From Syntrophales bacterium (lineage in GTDB: Bacteria > Desulfobacterota > Syntrophia > Syntrophales > UBA2210), in NCBI GenBank assembly GCA_963662405.2, contig CAXXKT010000003.1:384001-448000 (forward strand): 64,000 bases of DNA, written 5' to 3'. Positions 47,396-56,006 of the stretch are shown in pieces. The translations under genes and the position numbers were made by a program. The notes below the pieces were generated by a model. The model made no database searches. It was not told where the DNA came from and worked only from the letters and a program-made list of their open reading frames with translations. Position 1 is the stretch's first letter. Every line of letters starts with the position of its first letter.

Positions 47396-47417
47396 ACTGG
47401 GATAGAAAGGAGGTTCC

Positions 47418-49889
47418 ATGAGCGAAGAAAAGGCGATTATCAAAATGGCAATGCCCTTGATGCTCAGAGCAAGGGTTGAAAATTTTTTGCATGATGAAAA
47501 CAGAAAAGGGTGTGATCCCCGGCTGTTTCCCGCTCCCGTTTCTCTGGAGCCGCCCTTTTCCCCCATTACCTATTCCGATAATTTTCAGAACAGTTCATTG
47601 TGTGATGAAATATCCTACGAGGCAATTCCTGACAGCAGGCAGTTGGTACGTCTTCAGGTTTGGCTTTCCCCGGATCAGAAATATGATTGGCTGAAGACAG
47701 AGATCTTTCTGAAGCAGCTGTCCCAGATATCTCATCGCATCGGATTCGAAATCATAGGCAACAGCGGGAAAATCCATATTGGTTTTTTGGTTCATCAAGA
47801 TGATATCCCCTTTCTTGACATCAGTTGCCGGGGTATGTTCGAGCGATGCGAATTAACACAAGCCCCATCAGTGGAAGGATTTGATGCATTAGTAGACCCC
47901 AAAGCACAGGTCAGCTTCATGGACTATTATCCGCCTCCTCCCTATTCACACTTGCTGACCTCTCCCAATGAATTCAAAGTGAGTCCATATCGATCGCTCA
48001 TTGCGGCTCTCATGACGATTGATCCTCCCGATTGGGGGTTTTACCAGGCACTGTTTCAACCGGTGCATCCCGATCACAACTGGCACAGGAATGTCGAAAC
48101 GCTTCTGGATGTCGAATATATGTTCAAGCTCATAAGCAGCCAAAACTCTCAGCGATACCTTCAGCAAGCGCCTTCCGGCGATCTTCGACAGATGGCCAGA
48201 GAGGTGGAGACCAAGTCACATAACGATAAGCCATTTTATTTTCTTGCCTGCAGGGTAGGTGCAATTTCATATCGAGATCCGCAGCGATATTTGAAGTCCC
48301 TGTCCGTGTTTTTTAACTTATTCCAGCATGGCAGAAGACCCATGGGGGTTATAACTGACCGTGAATATCGTCTTCACCTATCAATCGAAGAGATCAAGAC
48401 CATGTTCCAGCGTGGAGTAACCTATCGACCGGGATTCCTGGTAAATTCGTTTGAACTTTCAGGCCCTGTCCACATCCCCAATGCCGACATATTGGAATTC
48501 AGAACCCCTCGACTCAATCTGATCAATACCGTACCGGTTCAAAATGAGGATATCCATGAAGGGACCCCGATCGGGACCTACGAATATACCGGCACGGTTT
48601 ACCCAGTGTGTATTCCCTTGCATCTGCGACCCCGCTCTACCCATATCATTGGAAAATCCGGAATGGCCAAATCCACGACAATGGCGCATATGATCCTCGA
48701 TGATATCAATCGAGGTATGGGCGTTGCGGTAATCGATCCCCATGGGGACCTTATCGAAGACCTGTTGATCCGCATTCCTGAAGAACATATCGAAAGAACG
48801 GTCTACTTCGACCTGACCATCCCGGATTATGTCCCTATCTGGAATCCTCTCCAGAGATCGAGGGGACAGGACATCAGCCGTACAACCGAAGACATCATCT
48901 CTGCACTGAAAACGGTATTCCATTCCGGCTGGGGAGACCGAATGGAACATCTTCTCCGCCACGGACTGTATGCCCTGCTGCATATTCCGGGAGGCACCCT
49001 CCAGGATCTTTCCAACCTTCTCTTCAAGAGGGACAAGAAACGGTTGATTCGCGATGAACCTTTATTAAAGCTGCTTTTGCAGGCTGTGGATAATGATGTA
49101 TCAAGACGCTTCTGGGAATTTCATGTGCGAAATTATACTGCCGAGGCCTTCGACCCTCCGAAGCATAGACTGGATAAAATCCTTCTGTCAGGGAAGGCGG
49201 CGGTGATGCTTTCTCAACCCGACAACATGATCGATTTCAGACCAATCATGGATGAAGGCCGTATTCTTCTGGTGAAGCTTTCCCTGATAGGGAGAGAGCT
49301 GATGAAGGTCCTGGGCTGCTTCATTCTGTCTCTTCTGCATTTGACCGCCCTGGGAAGAAGCGACGTCCCGGAGGATCGCCGGAGACCGTTTCAGATATAT
49401 GTCGATGAGGCCCACCGGTTCGTCACTGATACCCTGGAAGACCTGATCGTCGAAACGAGAAAATTCAATGTGGGGTTGACGCTGGCACATCATTTTTTCA
49501 GCCAGTTCGGAAATATAAAGGTCGATGCCTTGTCCAGTGTGGGCACGACTATCATCATGAATGTCGATAGAAAGGACGCTGCATACCTCGTAAAGGACCT
49601 CAGGGAAGAAGTCTCCGCAAACGACATCACACAACTCAATCTGGGCGAAGCCATTGTGCGCATCGGCACCGATGTCGTCAAAATCAACACTCTGGGAAAA
49701 TTGACTGTTCCCTCGGACAACTTCAAAGATCAGATACTGCAACATTCATTGAGTCATTACTATCAACCAGAAAAGCTTGTCCGGGAGCGTATCCGAAACA
49801 AGAACGATCGATACAGTGTAGCCAATACTCATGCCATTCCCCCCAAACAGTACGATGAAGAAGAACTCACCTATGATGACGGATTCTGA
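47418..49889 (+). CDS. HerA/FtsK-VirD4/TraD-like P-loop ATPase
   Basis: THIIGKSGMAKST (Walker A variant), VIDPHGDL, IYVDEAHRF (Walker B), ETRKFNV.LTLAH. Confidence 0.85.
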   Translation: MSEEKAIIKMAMPLMLRARVENFLHDENRKGCDPRLFPAPVSLEPPFSPITYSDNFQNSSLCDEISYEAIPDSRQLVRLQVWLSPDQKYDWLKTEIFLKQLSQISHRIGFEIIGNSGKIHIGFLVHQDDIPFLDISCRGMFERCELTQAPSVEGFDALVDPKAQVSFMDYYPPPPYSHLLTSPNEFKVSPYRSLIAALMTIDPPDWGFYQALFQPVHPDHNWHRNVETLLDVEYMFKLISSQNSQRYLQQAPSGDLRQMAREVETKSHNDKPFYFLACRVGAISYRDPQRYLKSLSVFFNLFQHGRRPMGVITDREYRLHLSIEEIKTMFQRGVTYRPGFLVNSFELSGPVHIPNADILEFRTPRLNLINTVPVQNEDIHEGTPIGTYEYTGTVYPVCIPLHLRPRSTHIIGKSGMAKSTTMAHMILDDINRGMGVAVIDPHGDLIEDLLIRIPEEHIERTVYFDLTIPDYVPIWNPLQRSRGQDISRTTEDIISALKTVFHSGWGDRMEHLLRHGLYALLHIPGGTLQDLSNLLFKRDKKRLIRDEPLLKLLLQAVDNDVSRRFWEFHVRNYTAEAFDPPKHRLDKILLSGKAAVMLSQPDNMIDFRPIMDEGRILLVKLSLIGRELMKVLGCFILSLLHLTALGRSDVPEDRRRPFQIYVDEAHRFVTDTLEDLIVETRKFNVGLTLAHHFFSQFGNIKVDALSSVGTTIIMNVDRKDAAYLVKDLREEVSANDITQLNLGEAIVRIGTDVVKINTLGKLTVPSDNFKDQILQHSLSHYYQPEKLVRERIRNKNDRYSVANTHAIPPKQYDEEELTYDDGF

Positions 49890-50502
49890 AATGCCAGGCG
49901 ATTGCAAAAGCATCGTTGAGACAGTAATCGGGCTTCTCGAAGAGGACACCATAGCCCGGGAAGTAGAATATCCTGTCAACCAGGCAACAAAAGAATTTGA
50001 ATTCGCCTTTGAGGAACCCATAACTCCGGCAGGATTCAACGGGATCATTGCATCCTTTGTCACACACATCAATAAGAGAGGCTTGCGTTTTCCCAGAATG
50101 TTGACCGATCGGGAAGCTCTGGCGGAAGCAGTGTATTTACTGGACCGTTATTCCGACGCGGAAGGGCCCGATCGGTATGCGGCGATCATGACTATCGTCG
50201 GAACCAACGGCCGGGAGGAAATGGAGAAGAAACTTCTTATGCTGGCAGAGATTATAAAAGTAATCGAGAGAGAAAAATATCGCCAGTGGGTGTTTCATCA
50301 CCATTTCCGGAGCCTGGAATGGGAATGCCGGTGCCGAATCGTATCGCTGCTTACAAAATCGCTGTCTCATAGTGCCTTTCCCGAATTGGAACGTCTCAAA
50401 CCGGCACAGCTGGTGGAATGCTTCGAAGAACTGATTGACATAGATCTTATCGGTCAAAACATCGTGAAACAGCTCGGCTGTGAAAAGGAGAAACAAATAT
50501 AG
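49873..50502 (+). CDS. uncharacterised helical protein (paralog 4)
   Basis: LLEEDTIAREV..FNGIIASF..EKY..SLEWE..PAQL aligns with paralogs 1-3. Confidence 0.75.
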   Translation: MMTDSEMPGDCKSIVETVIGLLEEDTIAREVEYPVNQATKEFEFAFEEPITPAGFNGIIASFVTHINKRGLRFPRMLTDREALAEAVYLLDRYSDAEGPDRYAAIMTIVGTNGREEMEKKLLMLAEIIKVIEREKYRQWVFHHHFRSLEWECRCRIVSLLTKSLSHSAFPELERLKPAQLVECFEELIDIDLIGQNIVKQLGCEKEKQI

Positions 50503-50541
50503 AAAGATTCATTATAGTCCCACACTTCTAAAAGAGCATTC

Positions 50542-50569
50542 TGAAACAATGCCTACGGTTCATCCGCTT
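50542..50569 (+). promoter_or_regulatory. TGAAACAAT-N12-TCCGCTT motif, copy 2
   Basis: Upstream of the primase-xis-int genes. Confidence 0.55.
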
Positions 50570-50620
50570 CATAGGTAAAGACCTTTGACGAACAAGGGAA
50601 TCTGACCGGTGAGGCTACCT

Positions 50621-51631
50621 ATGAAATCCGTTAGCCACAAAAGAACGACTGCATCAAAGATCGGTCTTTTTCGATCAGTCTTTTCCGGTTTGCCCCATGT
50701 CTATGGAACATATGATGTTGATACAAAACGTTCCTGGCAAGTAAAGGAATCGGTAACGGCCAGGACTATCCTTGATCATCTCAAGGGCAATAAACATTTC
50801 GGCCTCTATCTGCTTGTTAACGACACTATCTGGGCCATTGCAGCCGATTTCGATCACCATGACCCGACAACCCCTTTAGACTTTATCAGGAAAGCCGGGC
50901 ATTATCGATTGCCCGCCTACCTCGAGATCAGCAAATCCAAAGGATTCCATGTATGGATATTTTTCCAGGAAGGTGGGGTCAAGGCATACAAAGCCCGGTT
51001 AGTGGTGAAGGCCATTCTTGAAGAAATAAAAGCCGTCGACACAGAAGTATTTCCGAAACAGGACTTTCTTGATTCACTGTCTTCTTACGGCAATTTCATC
51101 TACACTCCCTTATTCGGCCGGCTTGTTCCGGAAGGCAGGACTGTATTTGTCAATGTGGATACCTTGAAAGCCTTTGAAGACCAATGGAAGTTTCTCGCAA
51201 CCATTCAGAAGGTCGATGAAGCCCTTCTGGATGAGGTTATTGATATAAACAACCTCTCACGATCAAATCAAACGGACCTGAAAAAAGTCTCTCTAATAGA
51301 TAGCCCTGTACATTATCATACAGCCCTCCCACCCTGCATTCAGAGCATGCTCCAGAACGGCGTGAGGAGATTCCAGCGCTCCAGTTGCTTCAGATTAGCC
51401 GTGCAACTCAGAAAAACAGGCTTACCTTTTGATGCTACACTCGCGGTTCTCCAGGCCTGGTCACTCAAAAACAAACCGGAAGATGGAAAGCGGATAATTA
51501 CTGCCGAGGAAATCATGGAACAAACATTGTGCGCGTACCGTAAATACTATTCAGCGTATGGATGTGAAACGCCCGAAATGAAACCGTTTTGTCACGAAGA
51601 CTGCCCGGTAAAAAAGAAAATAAGCATTTGA
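50621..51631 (+). CDS. archaeo-eukaryotic primase (TOTE-primase-like) with Cys-rich C-terminal domain
   Basis: ADFD, SKSKGFHVWIFF, EVFPKQ, GNFIYTPL; PPC..C..C..C cluster like PriL Fe-S domain. Confidence 0.8.
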   Translation: MKSVSHKRTTASKIGLFRSVFSGLPHVYGTYDVDTKRSWQVKESVTARTILDHLKGNKHFGLYLLVNDTIWAIAADFDHHDPTTPLDFIRKAGHYRLPAYLEISKSKGFHVWIFFQEGGVKAYKARLVVKAILEEIKAVDTEVFPKQDFLDSLSSYGNFIYTPLFGRLVPEGRTVFVNVDTLKAFEDQWKFLATIQKVDEALLDEVIDINNLSRSNQTDLKKVSLIDSPVHYHTALPPCIQSMLQNGVRRFQRSSCFRLAVQLRKTGLPFDATLAVLQAWSLKNKPEDGKRIITAEEIMEQTLCAYRKYYSAYGCETPEMKPFCHEDCPVKKKISI

Positions 51632-51643
51632 GGAAGAGAGAAC

Positions 51644-52030
51644 ATGGAAGTGGATTTCGATCTTGAAGCAATCTATGGACATTCTATCAGTTCCAAAGAA
51701 CTTGCCAAATTTCTTGGACTTGACCGGCGCACAATAGTTAAGTATGCTGCCTTATGGGGTGGTGTGGAAGTTGCACCCGGCATCTGGCGGTTCTTTGAAA
51801 AGAGAATAGAGGAGGTCCTCAATGCCGAGCAAAGTTTTGAAAAGAGGAACATTGCGATACCGGGCAAATGTAAATGTGCAAGGCCAGAAGAGGCAAAAGT
51901 TGTTTCCAGACGACAGCAAGAAGTCTTATCAGGCGGCTCTCTTTTGGGAAAAAGAAACAAAAATCGAATTGGAGAAGCAGTTATCCCAGATAAATTCGGT
52001 ATCTTTAGCGATAGGACAATGGTCGAATGA
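51644..52030 (+). CDS. excisionase-like HTH protein
   Basis: SSKELAKFLGLDRRTIVKY..GIWRF; directly upstream of integrase. Confidence 0.72.
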   Translation: MEVDFDLEAIYGHSISSKELAKFLGLDRRTIVKYAALWGGVEVAPGIWRFFEKRIEEVLNAEQSFEKRNIAIPGKCKCARPEEAKVVSRRQQEVLSGGSLLGKRNKNRIGEAVIPDKFGIFSDRTMVE

Positions 52031-52946
52031 GTACTTGACAGAAGCTGAAAACCGATTTGTCAGAGATACCTTCAAAGAAAAAAAAGCTGCCTTTGCTAAG
52101 TTTTACAAAGATGCAGGCCTACCACGCGAATTTCTCATTCACGATCTCACAATTACAATTTGCAGGAAATTTCTGCTAAAGCAAATGAAGGAGAGATCAG
52201 GCTATGCCGCCAATAAGGACAGAAAAAATCTTGGAGCCGCATGGAGATGGGGCTTTGATAACATGGAGGGATGGCCTAAAGGCGTAAACCCCTTTTTAGC
52301 TATCAAAAAGTTTCCCGAAAAGAGAAACCCGCGATATGTGCCACCTGAAGATGACTTCTGGAAGGTCTATGAACAGGCACAAGGTCAAGACAAAGTCATG
52401 CTGTTAGTATTTCTTCATCTGGCAGCCAGAAGATCTGAGGTATTCCGGATGAAGTGGGCCGATGTTGATTTTAAAAACAACCGCATCTGTCTCTGGACCC
52501 AGAAGCGAATGGGCGGTCATACAGAATATGACTGGCTGCCTATGACGTCTGATCTTCGGAACGCGTTACTGCAGTGGTGGCAAGAACGGCTCATGCAAAC
52601 AGGCGTTGATAAAGAACATGTCTTTATCTGCCTTGCAGAAACTTGCTTTTGCGAAGACTATTACGGAAAGCCCTTTACAGTCAGGCAACATTTTATGGAA
52701 AGCCTGTGTAAGAAGTCGAAAGTAAAACCTTTTGGGTTCCATGGAATAAGACATTTGACTGCATCAATCCTTTACAAGAAAGGCTATCCTTTGGCCGTCA
52801 TCCAAGCGATATTGAGACACGCAAATCCGAATACGACAGCGCGTTACATTCATAGCCTTGGATTAGAGGAAACGAGGGAAGCACTTGAGGAAGGTCTGAA
52901 AGGTCCTGCTGAAGTGATTGAATTTCAGAAAACAAGTATCATATAA
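51822..52946 (+). CDS. tyrosine recombinase/integrase
   Basis: AARRSE, HGIRH, LRH, TARY catalytic residues; adjacent to tRNA. Confidence 0.95.
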   Translation: MPSKVLKRGTLRYRANVNVQGQKRQKLFPDDSKKSYQAALFWEKETKIELEKQLSQINSVSLAIGQWSNEYLTEAENRFVRDTFKEKKAAFAKFYKDAGLPREFLIHDLTITICRKFLLKQMKERSGYAANKDRKNLGAAWRWGFDNMEGWPKGVNPFLAIKKFPEKRNPRYVPPEDDFWKVYEQAQGQDKVMLLVFLHLAARRSEVFRMKWADVDFKNNRICLWTQKRMGGHTEYDWLPMTSDLRNALLQWWQERLMQTGVDKEHVFICLAETCFCEDYYGKPFTVRQHFMESLCKKSKVKPFGFHGIRHLTASILYKKGYPLAVIQAILRHANPNTTARYIHSLGLEETREALEEGLKGPAEVIEFQKTSII

Positions 52947-52978
52947 AAAAGCCCTCAGAGGTTACGTCTCTGAAGGCT

Positions 52979-53002
52979 ATGTGTGTCCGGATGTGTGTCC
53001 GG
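52979..53002. repeat. tandem 12-bp repeat ATGTGTGTCCGG (candidate integrase arm sites)
   Basis: Two perfect adjacent copies between integrase and tRNA. Confidence 0.55.
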
Positions 53003-53012
53003 AGAAAAATGG

Positions 53013-53038
53013 CGGTGACTGAATTTTGTAAGTCACCG
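53013..53038 (-). terminator. hairpin downstream of tRNA-Glu
   Basis: CGGTGACT..AGTCACCG inverted repeat with T run on the minus strand. Confidence 0.55.
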
Positions 53039-53046
53039 ATTTTATT

Positions 53047-53121
53047 TGGTAGTCCCACGGGGAATTGAACCCCGGTTTCCGGCGTGAGAGGCCAGCGTCC
53101 TAACCGCTAGACGATGGGACC
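53047..53121 (-). tRNA. tRNA-Glu(CTC)
   Basis: GGTCCCATCGTCTAGCGG..CTGGC-CT-CTC-AC-GCCGG..GGTTCAATTCC..ACCA cloverleaf. Confidence 0.96.
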
Positions 53122-53124
53122 ATA

Positions 53125-53198
53125 TGGCTGGGGGACCAGGATTCGAACCTGGGTTGCAGATTCCAGAGACCTGAGTCCTACCGCTAGACGATCCCCCA
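53125..53198 (-). tRNA. tRNA-Gln(CTG)
   Basis: TGGGGGATCGTCTAGCGG..CAGGT-CT-CTG-GA-ATCTG..GGTTCGAATCC..GCCA cloverleaf. Confidence 0.96.
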
Positions 53199-53455
53199 AT
53201 GGAACCGTCCCGAACGTGCGGTAACTAGACAAATAGCTCTCAAATGTCAAGTTTATTTTATCACTACCTTGCTCTTTTAAGGGACTTTCTGAATAATTTC
53301 AAGTAAAAAATAGTAGCCGACGAGAGGACTATCCCTGCTTCGGAGGTCCTGCTTGATAGTTTGCCACGGAGGATAGTTGTAAAATTTCCTTGACACTCAA
53401 CCGATTTTGTAATTATGTTTCATTCTTTTTTTAGTTAGTCATAAGCAGGTGCGTT

Positions 53456-53992
53456 TTGCAGATCACTATCTCGAACATCCCTGAAGAGGGGGTGCATCTT
53501 CAGTTCTCTCGAAGTGGAGAGTGGTTTGACCGGTTGCTGCCGGTGGGTGATGACTGCGGTTTACATGTTCGGAAGATCGATGTGCAGTGTCGGGTTGAAA
53601 AGGTCTTGAAAAATGTCTCTGTGAAAGGCAGAATCGAGGCCGAAGGTGGACTCGACTGCTCAAGATGCCTGGAGCCGTTTGATTTTCCCGTAGATGTTGC
53701 ATTCCAGTACATCTTGACGCCGGTGGAAGAACGGGAAGACGATGAGCTGGAATTAACCTATGATGATCTGGAGTACAGTCACTACAACGGCGATACCATT
53801 GACCTGGGAGAGCTTGTCGTCGAGCAGATTCTACTCCAGGTTCCCATTAAGCCCCTGTGCGACGATTCCTGTAAGGGGCTGTGCTCGGTCTGTGGAATCA
53901 ATCTGAATAAAGAGTCGTGTGATCATACAGTGGAGCAGGTGAGAGCTCCGTTTGCTGCTTTGAAAAATTTTAAGGTGAAAAAGGAAAGGTAA
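53456..53992 (+). CDS. yceD: DUF177/YceD family protein
   Basis: CSRCLE, IDL..EQILL..KPLC..CKGLC..CG; precedes rpmF. Confidence 0.92.
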   Translation: MQITISNIPEEGVHLQFSRSGEWFDRLLPVGDDCGLHVRKIDVQCRVEKVLKNVSVKGRIEAEGGLDCSRCLEPFDFPVDVAFQYILTPVEEREDDELELTYDDLEYSHYNGDTIDLGELVVEQILLQVPIKPLCDDSCKGLCSVCGINLNKESCDHTVEQVRAPFAALKNFKVKKER

Positions 53993-54000
53993 TCAGTACC

Positions 54001-54177
54001 ATGGCAAATCCAACCAATAGGCATTCAAGAACAAGGAGAAACAAACGGAGGTCTCACGACGCACTTGCGTCTGTTACCACCTCCATATGTCCGCAGTGCA
54101 GCGAACCGAAGCTGCCCCACCGCGCGTGCCCCCATTGCGGTTTCTACAAGGGGCGTGAAGTCATCTCCGTCGAATAG
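54001..54177 (+). CDS. rpmF: 50S ribosomal protein L32 (not in ORF track)
   Basis: MANPTNRHSRTRRNKRRSH..CPQC..PHRACPHCGFYKGREV. Confidence 0.95.
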   Translation: MANPTNRHSRTRRNKRRSHDALASVTTSICPQCSEPKLPHRACPHCGFYKGREVISVE

Positions 54178-54213
54178 ATATACCTAAAATCCGTGCCCTG
54201 AGGGCGAAAGAGT

Positions 54214-55167
54214 ATGGATAATATAGGTGTCGTTTTCCCGGGTCAGGGTTCACAATACGTAGGGATGGGCGGGGACCTGTACGAAAAGTTTCCTGTGGTA
54301 CGGGAGGTTTTTGATCAGGCAACGGAAGCCCTCGGTACCGACATTGCCCGGCTTTGTTTCGATGGTCCGCAGGAGGTCCTTGATCTGACGCCGAATACCC
54401 AGACGGCTATTTTAACCGTCGACGTTGCCTTCTACCGGGTCTTTGAGAGTGTTATAGGGTTGACACCTGCGGTTGTTGTTGGGCACAGTTTGGGTGAGTA
54501 TGCCGCGCTCTGCGCCGCCGGGGCCCTTGATTTCTCTGATGCGGTCAGTCTGGTGTATGCGCGCGGACGGTATCAGCAGGAAGCGGTTCCTCCGGGAGAA
54601 GGGTGCATGGCGGCCGTTGTTGGCCTCGACAGGGGAGCCGTCGAAGCCTTATGCCGGGCGGTGAGCGGGAGTGGTGGAATCGTCGAGGTGGCGAATGACA
54701 ACAGTCCCGGCCAGTTTGTCATCTCCGGAAATACTGCGGCGGTGGAGCGTGCCATGGAACGTGCCAAGGGGGCGGGTGCCCGGATGGTAGTCAAGCTTCC
54801 CATCAGTGTGCCTTGTCACTGCAGTCTTCTTGACGGGGCGGCGCAGAGACTGAACAGATATCTCGGTATGATCCCCATACACGACTGCCGGATCCCGGTT
54901 ATCCCGAACTGTGATCCGGAAGCCCTGCATTCGGAAGCTACGACAAAAAAACTCCTGGTCCGGCAGTTCAGCGCGCCTGTCCGATGGCAGGAAACGGTCC
55001 GGCGCATATCCCGAATGGGGGTGCAGGCGGTTGTCGAGATAGGGCCGAAGAAGAAATTGTCTGGTCTTATCAAAAGGATAGAACGAGGTATCAAAACCCT
55101 CAACATAGAAGACACCGTCTCCCTGGATTCGACGGCCGAATTTTTCGATAGGAGCAGGGCGGTATAG
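54214..55167 (+). CDS. fabD: malonyl-CoA:ACP transacylase
   Basis: FPGQGSQ, GHSLGEY. Confidence 0.96.
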   Translation: MDNIGVVFPGQGSQYVGMGGDLYEKFPVVREVFDQATEALGTDIARLCFDGPQEVLDLTPNTQTAILTVDVAFYRVFESVIGLTPAVVVGHSLGEYAALCAAGALDFSDAVSLVYARGRYQQEAVPPGEGCMAAVVGLDRGAVEALCRAVSGSGGIVEVANDNSPGQFVISGNTAAVERAMERAKGAGARMVVKLPISVPCHCSLLDGAAQRLNRYLGMIPIHDCRIPVIPNCDPEALHSEATTKKLLVRQFSAPVRWQETVRRISRMGVQAVVEIGPKKKLSGLIKRIERGIKTLNIEDTVSLDSTAEFFDRSRAV

Positions 55168-55218
55168 AAACCGGTGTCGCTCGTGATACAATCTTGGGTT
55201 ATGCAGATGGAAAAGCCG

Positions 55219-55968
55219 ATGAAAACATCTCTGGCGGGAAAGACGGCTTTAGTCACCGGGGGATCGAGGGGTATCGGAAGGGCTGTCGTTTTGGAGCTTG
55301 CTCGCCTGGGGGCCTTTGTTTGCATCAATTATGCCCGCAATGAGACGGCGGCCCGCGATGCCCTGAACGTTGTGCGGGATCAGGGGGGACGGGGGATGCT
55401 TGCCCGGTGTGATGTGTCGAATTTCGATGCCGTTCAGGATATCGTGAAGCGTATCGTCGATGAGACGGGACGAATCGATATCCTGATCAATAACGCCGGC
55501 ATTACTCAGAACGGTCTCTTTGTCAGGATGAAACCCGAGGCATGGAGCAGTGTTATTGATATCAATCTGACCGGGACGTTCAACTGCAGCCGGGCGGTAA
55601 CCCGTTATATGATGAAACAGAAGTGGGGGCGGGTTATTAATATGACATCCGTGGTGGCCCTCGCGGGCAATGCCGGGCAGGTGCCATACGCTGCATCAAA
55701 GGCGGGGATTGTCGGGCTTACCAAATCCCTGGCGCAGGAGCTTGGCCCGAGGAATATTTGCGTGAACGCCGTCGCACCCGGTCTTATCGAAACCGACATG
55801 ACCGGATCGATGGAGGATACGATGAGGGGGGAAGTACTAAACCGGATCCCGCTGGGGAGAGCGGGAAGACCTGGCGATGTCGCCGGTGTCGTGGGATTTC
55901 TGGTTTCCGGGAAGGCCGACTACATAACGGGACAGGTGATACAGGTCAACGGCGGGCTGTATATGTGA
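55219..55968 (+). CDS. fabG: 3-oxoacyl-ACP reductase
   Basis: TGGSRGIG, NNAG, YAASK. Confidence 0.95.
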   Translation: MKTSLAGKTALVTGGSRGIGRAVVLELARLGAFVCINYARNETAARDALNVVRDQGGRGMLARCDVSNFDAVQDIVKRIVDETGRIDILINNAGITQNGLFVRMKPEAWSSVIDINLTGTFNCSRAVTRYMMKQKWGRVINMTSVVALAGNAGQVPYAASKAGIVGLTKSLAQELGPRNICVNAVAPGLIETDMTGSMEDTMRGEVLNRIPLGRAGRPGDVAGVVGFLVSGKADYITGQVIQVNGGLYM

Positions 55969-56006
55969 CGCAGGCTGCAATCTGAACAGACGAAGGAGGA
56001 AACGGA

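Larger units (their letters stand above)
1..53046. mobile_element. Integrative element/genomic island (right portion) inserted at tRNA-Glu 3' end
   Basis: Tyrosine integrase ends 100 bp from the tRNA-Glu 3' end. Xis-like HTH, primase, coupling-like ATPase, ArdC-like and DUF2958 genes are present, and housekeeping genes start abruptly after the tRNAs. Left boundary not in window. Confidence 0.8.

Noticed and set aside
50621..52946. Prophage
   Set aside because: No capsid, terminase, portal or tail genes recognised in the window
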